Origin: Hyalangium minutum
Lineage (GTDB): Bacteria > Myxococcota > Myxococcia > Myxococcales > Myxococcaceae
Assembly (NCBI RefSeq): GCF_000737315.1
Contig: NZ_JMCB01000003.1
Span: 20,001 to 268,000 of the forward strand
DNA length: 248,000 bases
Direction: 5' to 3'
Shown piece after piece: positions 97,036-107,386 of the stretch (the stretch's first letter is position 1; each line of letters opens with the position of its first letter). The position numbers and the translations under genes are program-made. The notes beneath the pieces were generated by a model. It was not told the origin of the DNA. It was given only the letters and a program-made list of their open reading frames with translations, and made no database searches.

Positions 97036-97727
97036 TGGGCGTCGTATACTTGGTTCGCCATGGACAGGCCTCGTTCGGGGCCGCGGACTACGATCAGCTC
97101 TCGGAGATGGGGGTGGCGCAGGCGAAGGTGCTCGGGGAGGCGCTGCGCGCGCGGCTCCCGTGTGTGGATGCGGTGGTCACCGGAGGAATGGCGCGACACT
97201 GGCAGACGGCGGATGCGTGCCTGAAGGCGCTCGGGGTGGCGGTGCCTCACAAGCGCATGGTGGACTTCAACGAGTACGACCACGAGGAGATCGTCGTCCG
97301 CCACATCCCGCGCTACGCGGACAAGAGCCTGATGATGCAGGACCTGGCTGAGACGCCAGACCCTCGCCGGGCCTTCCAGGAAGTGTTCACGCAGGCCGTC
97401 GCCCGCTGGGTCGAGGGCCGGCACGAGGCCGACTACACCGAGACCTGGGCCGCTTTCCGGGAGCGCAGCCTCCGCGCGTTGACGGAGCTCATCCAGGAGC
97501 TGGGAGCTTCCAAGACCGCGTTGGTGTTCACCTCGGGGGGACCCATCACCGCCATCTGCCAGGACCTGCTGCGGATCCCCGACGAGCACGCCTTCCGCCT
97601 GAACTGGACGCTGGCCAACTGCGGCGTCACCAAGATCGTCTACAGCGAGCGCGGCCGGTACCTCTCCACGCTGAACGAGCACGGCTACTTCGAGGGTGCC
97701 CAGCGCGCGCTGCTAACGTACCGCTGA
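97035..97727 (+). CDS. Histidine phosphatase family protein
   Basis: LVRHGQ motif. Confidence 0.88.
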   Translation: MGVVYLVRHGQASFGAADYDQLSEMGVAQAKVLGEALRARLPCVDAVVTGGMARHWQTADACLKALGVAVPHKRMVDFNEYDHEEIVVRHIPRYADKSLMMQDLAETPDPRRAFQEVFTQAVARWVEGRHEADYTETWAAFRERSLRALTELIQELGASKTALVFTSGGPITAICQDLLRIPDEHAFRLNWTLANCGVTKIVYSERGRYLSTLNEHGYFEGAQRALLTYR

Positions 97728-97849
97728 GGCAGCGCGGCCCCCGTTACTCCGGGGGCGCGCTGAGCCCGGGGACTCCGGGCCCAGCACAAAACCTGGCCGC
97801 CAGGGCGTGAGGGTCCCGAAGAGAAGCCCTTCCTCACGCCCCAGCGGGC

Positions 97850-98551
97850 TCAGGCAGCGGAGGTCGAGGCATCCCCCACACCGTTGGCGCCCAGATCCGC
97901 GAGCATCTGCTCGCCCTCCAACTCGTCGATGGGGACGAAGGCCTCGCGGCCGGGGCGGTAGGCATGCACCTTTGCATTGCCAATGTCGAACCACCAGCCG
98001 TGCAGCCGCAGCGTGCCCGCGGCCATGCGCTCGCGCACCAGGGGGTACGAGCGCAGGTGGGCCAGCTGCTGCAGCACGTTGAGCTGGCTGAGCCTGTCCG
98101 CCGGCTCCAGGCCCTCACCCACGCGGCCGGCCTTCTCCAGGGACTGCAGGGCGCCGCGGCCCAGATCCAGCCAGTCGCAGAGGTTGGGGCACCGCGCGTC
98201 CGACATTCCCGCCAGCAGCGCCTTCATGGCGCCGCAGCTGGAGTGCCCGCACACCACCACGTCCGTCACCGGCAGGTGGAGCAGGGAGTACTCCACCGCG
98301 GCGGCCTCGGAGCGGTCGCCCATGGACTGGCCCGACGCATCCGAGGGCGCCACCATGTTGCCCACGTTGCGCATGACGAAGAGATCGCCCGGATCCGTGG
98401 ACACCAGGAGGTTGGGCACCACGCGGCTGTCAGCGCAGGTGATGAAGAGGCAGTCCGGAGTCTGGCCCTTGGCCAGGCGCGCGAAAGTGGAGCGGTAGGC
98501 GGGGAGGCTGTGACGCTGGAAATCCAGGAGACCGCGAATGAGCTTCTTCAT
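97850..98551 (-). CDS. Beta-class carbonic anhydrase
   Basis: CADSR, HSSCG. Confidence 0.92.
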   Translation of the reverse strand: MKKLIRGLLDFQRHSLPAYRSTFARLAKGQTPDCLFITCADSRVVPNLLVSTDPGDLFVMRNVGNMVAPSDASGQSMGDRSEAAAVEYSLLHLPVTDVVVCGHSSCGAMKALLAGMSDARCPNLCDWLDLGRGALQSLEKAGRVGEGLEPADRLSQLNVLQQLAHLRSYPLVRERMAAGTLRLHGWWFDIGNAKVHAYRPGREAFVPIDELEGEQMLADLGANGVGDASTSAA

Positions 98552-100107
98552 CGTGCACCCTCGGCAGTGAGAGACGGGGAAGGGGAAGTGACAGGGGGAG
98601 GAACGGGGGAGGGAGTGGCTGCGCTGGTGCTCTTGCGCCGCCAGATGTCTTCGAGCGGCTCCATGTACACATGGCCGCCCGTCTTACGGTGCGTCTCGGA
98701 CCAGCTCTCGAGCGCCTCGTAACCGGAGTGGTCCAGCGTCTCCACGGCCAGATCCAACTCGACCTTGGCGCCCATGGGGACCTGGGCCAGCGCAGCGGAC
98801 AGCTTGGGCACGCCCACGAACGTGAGGGCTCCGCCCACGCGCACCTGGTGCACGTCACCTTCCTGCTTCACGTGCACCTGCACCTTGCCCAGCTGCCACA
98901 GCAGCCGGCCCACGGCCAGCGCCAGGCCCATGGCGATGCCCGCCAGCAGGTTGACGCCCACCACGCCGGCCACCGTCACCACGTACACGGACAGCTCGCC
99001 GCGGCGGCGCAGCTCCTGGATGTGGTGCGTGTTCACCAGCTTCACACCCACGAAGACGAGCAGGCCCGCCAGCACGGTGAGAGGCACCAGCTTCAGCAGC
99101 GCGGCCAGCATCGTGACGAAGAGCAGCATCCACACGCCGTGCAGCACGGCCGAGGTGCGCGTCTTGGCGCCCGCGGCGATGTTGGCCGCGCTGCGGACGA
99201 TGACGCCCGTGATGGGCAGGCCGCCCGCGAGGCCGGACACGGTGTTGGCCAGGCCCTGCGCGAACAGCTCCTTGTCCAGGTTGGCGCGCGGGCCCGTGTG
99301 CATCTTGTCCGTGGCCACCGCGCTCAGCAGGGACTCGGCGCTGGCCACCAGCGCCAGCGAGAGCGCCGCGACCACGAAGGCGCCCCACTGGTTCTGGGGC
99401 AGCTGGGGCAGCTGCAGGCTGCTGAAGAAGTCACCGGCCAGCTCCACGCGCTTCACGTTGGCGCCCCACAGCGCCGCCACCGCCGAAGCGCCCACCACCG
99501 CCACCAGCGGCCCGGGGATCTGCTTGAGCCGGCTCTTGGGCATCACCTGCCACAGCACCAGCAGGCCGATGGTGAGCAGGCCCAAGATCGTCGCGGGGCC
99601 GTGCAGATCCGCGATCTGCCCAGGCAGCTCCTTGATGTTCTGCCACGCGTTGGACTGGGGCGAGCCGCCCAGCACGATGTGCAGCTGGCCCAGAACGATC
99701 AGGATGCCGATGCCCGCCAGCATTCCGTGGATCACCGCCGGGGAGATGGCCAGCGCGGTGCGCGCCACCTTCAGGCTGCCCATCGCCATCTGCACCATGC
99801 CCGCAGCGGCCACCGCGGCACAGGTGACGGCGAAGCCCATCTCGTTGATGAAGCCGAACACCATCACCGCGAGGCCCGCAGCCGGGCCGCTCACCAGCAG
99901 GGGCGCGCCGCCGAGCAGGCCGACCACCAGCCCGCCGACCACGCCAGCGATGAGGCCGGACATGATGGGCGCGCCCGACGCCAGCGAGATGCCCATGCAC
100001 AGCGGTACGGCGACCAGGAAGACGACCAGGGAGGCCGGCACATCACTGGCCAGGACACTTCGGATCGAGCCGGCCGTACCGGCTCCCTCCACGCCAGACT
100101 TCGTCAC
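98548..100107 (-). CDS. SulP family anion transporter
   Basis: AVPLCMGI, VSGPAAG, ELFAQGLAN, GVIVRS. Confidence 0.92.
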   Translation of the reverse strand: MTKSGVEGAGTAGSIRSVLASDVPASLVVFLVAVPLCMGISLASGAPIMSGLIAGVVGGLVVGLLGGAPLLVSGPAAGLAVMVFGFINEMGFAVTCAAVAAAGMVQMAMGSLKVARTALAISPAVIHGMLAGIGILIVLGQLHIVLGGSPQSNAWQNIKELPGQIADLHGPATILGLLTIGLLVLWQVMPKSRLKQIPGPLVAVVGASAVAALWGANVKRVELAGDFFSSLQLPQLPQNQWGAFVVAALSLALVASAESLLSAVATDKMHTGPRANLDKELFAQGLANTVSGLAGGLPITGVIVRSAANIAAGAKTRTSAVLHGVWMLLFVTMLAALLKLVPLTVLAGLLVFVGVKLVNTHHIQELRRRGELSVYVVTVAGVVGVNLLAGIAMGLALAVGRLLWQLGKVQVHVKQEGDVHQVRVGGALTFVGVPKLSAALAQVPMGAKVELDLAVETLDHSGYEALESWSETHRKTGGHVYMEPLEDIWRRKSTSAATPSPVPPPVTSPSPSLTAEGAR

Positions 100108-100349
100108 GTTGAGTGCCTCCAGAAGAGCAAGGCGCCGCTCCCTCGGGGACAGGGGAACGGCGCGGTTTACGCTTCCTCAGGCAAAGCACGTGCCAGGGGT
100201 TAACCCATTGACTTCACTTGGAGAATTTCGGTGAATGAAAGAACAGATTAAAGAATTTTAAAGTGCCGCTCATCGCGGGTTTAAAATCCTTGAACTCCGG
100301 AGAGACCTGCCAGGCAGGCGGGCGGTCGCAGGGCGGATGACGCGCTGGG

Positions 100350-101689
<1,340 letters not shown>

Positions 101690-101693
<4 letters not shown>

Positions 101694-103372
101694 GCGGCGC
101701 TCTCCAAGGGTAGCCGAAGGCTGAAGCGGCTGCCCTCGGGCAGACGAGTATAGGTGAGGCTGCCGCCGTGAGCCTCCACGGCGGTTCGCGCCATGGGCAG
101801 CCCCAGGCCAATGCCCTTGGCGCGCGCGGTGGCGAAGGGCTCCCACAGGCGCGGCTCCAGCTTCGGATCCACACCGCCCGCGTTGTCCTCCACCAGCAGG
101901 ACGGCCTCGGCGCCCTCGCGAGCGAGGCTCACCTGCACCCAGGGGGCGGGACGCAGGCCCGTGTCCCGGGCCACCGCACCGGCCTCTACCGCGTTGCGTA
102001 AAAGGTTGTCGATGGCGGCCACCAGCAGGGCCGGATCCACGTGCACGGTGAGGCCCTCCGCCATCGTTACGCCGATGCGGACGTCCTCGGCCTCGGGCAG
102101 CAGGCGCAAGGACTGCAAGGCTTCATCCACCAGCAGTCTCAGATCGCAGGGCCGGCGCAGCATGGGCCGAGGCTCGCCGAAGGACAGCAGCGAGCGCGCC
102201 AGGTGGCCCAGCCGCTGCACCTGGGCGCGCAAGGCCGGCAGGGCCACCTCGCCGCTGGAGGAGGCGGGCCGCAGCAGCGAGAGGGCGGCCTGGATGCCAT
102301 TGAGGGCGTTCTTCACCTCGTGGGCGATGAGCTGGCTGGCGGAGCCCAGCGCGGCCATTGTCTCCTGGTGCCGGAGCCGCTCTTCCGCCCGGAGCAGTGA
102401 GCGGTACGAGCGCCGCAGCAGGAAGACGAAGACGATCAGGGTGCTGATCAGCAAGGCGCTGTGCAAGATGAGCTGGCTGAGGAAGCGGTACCTCAGGGGC
102501 GCGACGTTGTGCTCCTCGTTCTCCAGCACGGCCAGCAGCATGCCGCTCACGCCCGCGGGCACGGGCACGGGGGCCGCCGCGCCCAGCATGGCGGTGTCTG
102601 CCAAGGTGATGCGCCCGGGCGCGTGCACCAGGGCGATCAGGTCCGAGGCGAGCTGGGTGGTCCACCGGAGGTTCTGCGGGGGCATGGGCAGCAGGAGCTT
102701 TCCGTTCAGGCTCACCAGCAGCGTGAGATCCGTGCCCTTCGCGCTGACGCCCGGGAGCGGCTTCGCTCCGGCGCGAAGCTCACCCACGAGCATGCCCACC
102801 ACCTGCCGTCCGCCGCGCACCACGGGCACCGCCACCACCAGAGGCCCGTCCTCTCGCTCCAGCAGGTTGATGTCCGAGACCCCCTCCCTCTGCACGCGGC
102901 GGAACCAGGGGCGGGTGGTCACGGGAGATTCGCCCAGCGCCATCGCGGGGGGATCGCTCCACACGCGGCGTCCCGAGGCGCTCAGGAGGACGACGCCCTC
103001 GGAGAAGAGGTGGGTGTGGTGCAGGGCGTTGTCCAGCACGGTGACCTCGGGGCCTGCGGGACCATCCTCGAGGATGAGCTTGGGGTGCTGGGCCAGCCGT
103101 TGGAGCTCGGCCTCGAGCAGCTGGAGGTGCACGCCCAGGGCCTCGGCCTGCACCTGGGCCTGGACGGACAAGTGGGCAAGCGCCTCTTCGCGAGCGTTCT
103201 CCAGCTCCTCCCGGTAGGCGAGCAAGGGGCTGGTCAGCGCCACCAGGCCGAGCAGTGCCAGGCCGAACAGGGCCGAGCGGCCCGCACGCCGCTGCGTCCG
103301 GGCGAAGTCCTGGAGGGCCGGCGCGGAGGGAGGCCCCGGAAGGGAAGGGGGCTGGGGGACGGAGGGCTTCAT
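101690..103372 (-). CDS. Cache-type sensor histidine kinase
   Basis: Two TMs, AHEVKNAL, NLLRNA, GIGLGL. Confidence 0.88.
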
Positions 103373-103496
103373 GGGGCAGAGGGAGAGGCCAGGCGTGGCC
103401 TCAGGGCTTGAAGTGCCTGGGGCAGAGTTCCTCGGGTGGGGCAAGCTGCCTCGTGTGGCTGCCCGCGAGTGCATCGCCTCAGCTCTGAAGCGGCGC

Positions 103497-103512
103497 TGGC
103501 ATGTCCTGTGCT
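103497..103512 (+). promoter_or_regulatory. Candidate sigma54 promoter for the RR-mprF-acvB operon
   Basis: TGGCATGTCCTGTGCT, GG-N10-GC; divergent from the sigma54 two-component genes. Confidence 0.5.
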
Positions 103513-103513
103513 C

Positions 103514-103987
103514 ATGAGTGCCGGCATGTTACGGCAATGGAGTGCGAAGCCATCGCTGAAGTTCACCTCGTCGCACAAGGAGCCAGAAGAGGGGCTTGAG
103601 CCTCCCTTGCGGATCCTGGTGGCCGATGACCAGCCTGAGATGCGCAGACTCATTCGGGGTGCGCTCGTTCGGGACGGGTACGAGGTGGTCGAGGTGGCGA
103701 ACGGCCCTGCCCTCATCCACGCGCTCATCTCCGGGCTGCTGGAGGAGCAGACCCGCGCGCCCGACCTCATCATTACAGACGTCCGGATGCCGGGCATGAC
103801 AGGACTGGAGGTGCTGGCCCGCCTCCGCCGGGAGGCCTGGTCCATTCCCTTCATCCTCATCACCGCCTTTGGGGATGAAGCGCTGCACAGGGAGGCGGAG
103901 CGCTTGGGGGCTGCACGTGTCCTCGACAAGCCATTCGAGCTGGCGGAGCTACGGGCCGCCGTGCGCAGGGTCCTCAAGCCTCACTGA
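103514..103987 (+). CDS. Single-domain response regulator (start uncertain, possibly TTG at 103607)
   Basis: LVADD, TDVRMP, TAF, KPF. Confidence 0.85.
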   Translation: MSAGMLRQWSAKPSLKFTSSHKEPEEGLEPPLRILVADDQPEMRRLIRGALVRDGYEVVEVANGPALIHALISGLLEEQTRAPDLIITDVRMPGMTGLEVLARLRREAWSIPFILITAFGDEALHREAERLGAARVLDKPFELAELRAAVRRVLKPH

Positions 103988-104008
103988 AGCCTGGCCAGGA
104001 GGTGTCCC

Positions 104009-106681
104009 ATGTCTCAGGCAAGCACGCTGGCTCCCGCTCCCCTGGCGCCCGCCCCCTCAGTGCCGCCCTCCCCACGCCGGGGCCTCGGACAGCGGCTGAT
104101 GCGGTGGTGGGAGCGGGCGCGTCAGGGGCCTTGGGGCAAGGTGGGCCGAGCCCTGCTCGTCCTGTTGCCGCTGATCCTGATGGCGGCGGCGGGCCGGACG
104201 CTGGCGAAGGAGCTGGCTCAGCTCCGCTGGGAGCAGGTCGCGCTGGCGATGTCTGCCCTTCCGGGCTGGCGCGTGGGATTGGCCATGCTCGCCACCGCTG
104301 GCAGCTACCTCGCGCTCACCTTATATGACGTGTTGGCGCTCCAGTACGTGGGCCGTCGACTGCCCTACCGGCGCGTCGGCCGCATCTCCTTCACCGCCTG
104401 CGCTCTGGGGCACAGCATTGGCCTGTCGGTGCTCGGCAGCGGCTCGGTACGCCTGCGCCTCTACACGGATCAGGGGCTGTCCGTCGTCGAGGTGGCGCGC
104501 ATCGCCGCCTTCACCTCGGCGACGTTCTGGACGGGCCTCCTGTTGGCCGGTGGGTTGTGCGTGGCGGTGTCTCCCGAGGCGCTCGCTTTTCTGCAAGTGT
104601 CCTCCGGAACCGTGCGCGCCGTAGGAGTGGGGCTGCTGCTGCTCGTGGGGGGCTATGTCTGGGTCTGTGCCCTCGCTCACCGGAGGGCGGGCGCCCCGGG
104701 CCTGCGCTCGCACCTGCCTCGGCCGTCCTTGGCGGTGAGGCAGGCGCTGGTCTCCAGCATGGACTGGATGATGGCGGCGCTCGTCCTCTACCTGCTGCTG
104801 CCTGCGGAGTCGGGGCTGTCCCTGCCAGGCGTGGTGGCCCTCTTCGCCGCCGCGCAGTCGCTGGGGATTCTCAGCCAGGTTCCCGGCGGCCTGGGCGTGT
104901 TCGAGTTCGTCATGGTCACCGCGCTCGCACCTCGGGTGCCCATGCCCGCGGTGCTCGGGGTGCTCGTCGTCTACCGCATGCTCTACTATGTGCTGCCGCT
105001 GGTGCTGGCCCTGGCACTGCTGGGGAATCACGAGCTCTCGCACCGGCGCGCGGAGTTCCGGCAGCTGTTGAACGGCGTGAGGGCCACGCTGGCGCCGCTC
105101 ATGCCTCCGCTGGCCGCGGCCGCGTGCTTCGTGGCGGGCGCGGTGCTCCTCTTCTCCGGTGTCACTCCGGCCGTACCCTCGCGGCTGGAGTTCCTCAGCC
105201 ACTTCGTGCCGCTGCCGCTGCTGGAGCTCTCACACCTGCTTGGGAGCCTCACGGGCATGGCCCTGCTGCTGCTGGCGCTGGGCCTCAAGCGTCAGCTGGA
105301 TGGGGCCTTCGTGTTGGTGCTCGGGCTGCTGCTGGCGGGCGGCGTGCTGTCCCTGCTCAAGGGAGGGGATTATGAGGAGGCAACGCTGCTCTTCACCACC
105401 GCGCTGGTGCTGACACCGTTCCGCTCCCGCTTCTACCGGCACGCCTCGTTGTTCGCCCAGCGCCTCAGTGTCTCCTGGCTGCTGGCGGTGCTCGCCGTGG
105501 TAGGGGCCTCGGTGGGGTTGGGCTTCTTCTCCTACCGGCACGTGGACTACAGCCACGAGCTCTGGTGGCAGTTCACCCTGGAGGGCGATGCGCCCCGCTT
105601 CCTTCGCGCCCTGGTGGGCATGCTGAGCCTGTCGCTGTTCTTTGGCATCGCCACGCTGCTGCAGCCCGCCGCCGCGCGCCCGCGCCTGCCGGGCGCCGTG
105701 GAGCTGGCCGTGGCCCGTCCCCTGGTGGCGCACGCCCCCGAGTCCTCCGCGCACCTGGCGCTGGTGGGAGACAAGGCGCTGCTCTTCAACGACACGCGCA
105801 CCTCCTTCCTCATGTACGGCGTGGCGGGGCGCAGCTGGGTGTCCATGGGCGATCCGGTGGGGCCGCCGGACGAGGCCACGGAGCTGGCGTGGCGCTTCCA
105901 CGAGCTGGCGGATCGGCACCACGGGTGGACCTGCTTCTACCAGGTGGGGCCCTCGGCGCTGCCGCGCTACCTGGACATGGGGCTGGCGCTGCTGAAGCTG
106001 GGCGAGGAGGCCACCGTGCCGCTGGGGGGCTTCCTCTTGGAGCTGCCCGAGTTCAAAGGCCTGCGCCACACGTGCCGCAAGCTGGAGAAGGAGGGGGTGA
106101 CCTTCGAGGTGTGCCCCGCCCAGCAGGTGCTGCCGCTGCTGCCAGAGCTGGAGTCCATCTCGCGCGCGTGGATGGACGAGAAGCAGACCCGCGAGAAGGG
106201 CTTCTCACTGGGCTTCTTCTGCCCGCGCTACCTCCGGGAGGGCCCCGTCGCGCTGGTGCGCCACCAGGGGCGCCTGGTGGCCTTTGCCAACATGTGGGTC
106301 CCGCTGTTGCGCGAGGAGTTCTCCGTGGACCTGATGCGCCACCGGCCCGAGGTCCCGCGCGGGGTGATGGACTTCCTCTTCACGCAGCTGATGCTGTGGG
106401 GGCGGGAGCAGGGCTACGAGCGCTTCAACCTGGGCATGGCGCCCTTCAGCGGGATGATGTCGCGCAGCCTGGCGCCGCTGTGGCACCGCCTGGGCACCTT
106501 TCTCTTCCGCCACGGTGAGCACTTCTACAACTTCCAGGGTCTGCGCCAATACAAGGAGAAGTTCCACCCGGTGTGGACGCCGCGCTATCTCGCCGCGCCG
106601 GGCGGGTGGGTGCTGCCTCGGGTGCTCGCGAACATCGCCACGCTTGTGTCGCGCGGCCTCACGGGAGCGGTGTCGAGATGA
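104009..106681 (+). CDS. mprF: Bifunctional aminoacyl-PG flippase/synthase
   Basis: Multi-TM flippase region, VPGGLGVFE, DLMR, FYNFQGLRQYKEKF. Confidence 0.92.
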   Translation: MSQASTLAPAPLAPAPSVPPSPRRGLGQRLMRWWERARQGPWGKVGRALLVLLPLILMAAAGRTLAKELAQLRWEQVALAMSALPGWRVGLAMLATAGSYLALTLYDVLALQYVGRRLPYRRVGRISFTACALGHSIGLSVLGSGSVRLRLYTDQGLSVVEVARIAAFTSATFWTGLLLAGGLCVAVSPEALAFLQVSSGTVRAVGVGLLLLVGGYVWVCALAHRRAGAPGLRSHLPRPSLAVRQALVSSMDWMMAALVLYLLLPAESGLSLPGVVALFAAAQSLGILSQVPGGLGVFEFVMVTALAPRVPMPAVLGVLVVYRMLYYVLPLVLALALLGNHELSHRRAEFRQLLNGVRATLAPLMPPLAAAACFVAGAVLLFSGVTPAVPSRLEFLSHFVPLPLLELSHLLGSLTGMALLLLALGLKRQLDGAFVLVLGLLLAGGVLSLLKGGDYEEATLLFTTALVLTPFRSRFYRHASLFAQRLSVSWLLAVLAVVGASVGLGFFSYRHVDYSHELWWQFTLEGDAPRFLRALVGMLSLSLFFGIATLLQPAAARPRLPGAVELAVARPLVAHAPESSAHLALVGDKALLFNDTRTSFLMYGVAGRSWVSMGDPVGPPDEATELAWRFHELADRHHGWTCFYQVGPSALPRYLDMGLALLKLGEEATVPLGGFLLELPEFKGLRHTCRKLEKEGVTFEVCPAQQVLPLLPELESISRAWMDEKQTREKGFSLGFFCPRYLREGPVALVRHQGRLVAFANMWVPLLREEFSVDLMRHRPEVPRGVMDFLFTQLMLWGREQGYERFNLGMAPFSGMMSRSLAPLWHRLGTFLFRHGEHFYNFQGLRQYKEKFHPVWTPRYLAAPGGWVLPRVLANIATLVSRGLTGAVSR

Positions 106682-107385
106682 GAACCTCACGGTGGTGCGG
106701 TGTCCTCGCGGGCGCGCTGCTCGCGCTCACGGTCCAAGCGGCTTCCGGGCAGCCGCTCGAGCCCGTGGGAGATCTGCCCCTCGTCGAAGTGCCCGCGGCC
106801 ACGCCTTCATCCGACAGCTTCGCGCTCCTTCTCACGGGGGATGGAGGCTGGGCGCCTCTCGACAAGCACCTCGCAGCGGCGCTCAACACCCAGGGCATGT
106901 CCGTGGTGGGCTGGGACTCGCTGCGCTACTTCTGGAAGCGGCGGTCGCCCGAGGACACGGCGCGGGACGTGGGCCGGGCGATGGCGCACTACCTGACGGC
107001 GTGGGGGGCGCGGCGCGTGGTGCTCGTGGGTTACTCGCGCGGAGCGGATGTCCTCCCCGCCATCGTGGCCCGGCTCCCCTCGGAGCTGCGTGAGAAGGTG
107101 CGGCTGGTGGCGCTGGTGGCCCCCGGCCACAGCGCCGAGTTCGAGGTCCACGTCCTGGATCTGCTCGGCGGTGGAGGCGGGGACTACCCAGTGCTCCCCG
107201 AGGTGAAGGCACTCGGGGGGATGCCCGTGCTGTGCCTCTATGGAGACGAAGAGCTCAAGGAGAGCCTCTGTCCCAAGCTGTCCGAAGTGACGGGAGTCCA
107301 GGCGCTGAGGCTTCACGGAGGGCACCACTTTGACGGGAACTACACGCGTGTGGCCCGCGCCATCATCGACGCCTTGGGGCAGTGA
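106678..107385 (+). CDS. acvB: AcvB/VirJ family lysyl-PG hydrolase
   Basis: TGDGGW, DSLRYFW, GYSRGAD, GGHHFDG. Confidence 0.85.
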   Translation: MRTSRWCGVLAGALLALTVQAASGQPLEPVGDLPLVEVPAATPSSDSFALLLTGDGGWAPLDKHLAAALNTQGMSVVGWDSLRYFWKRRSPEDTARDVGRAMAHYLTAWGARRVVLVGYSRGADVLPAIVARLPSELREKVRLVALVAPGHSAEFEVHVLDLLGGGGGDYPVLPEVKALGGMPVLCLYGDEELKESLCPKLSEVTGVQALRLHGGHHFDGNYTRVARAIIDALGQ

Positions 107386-107386
107386 G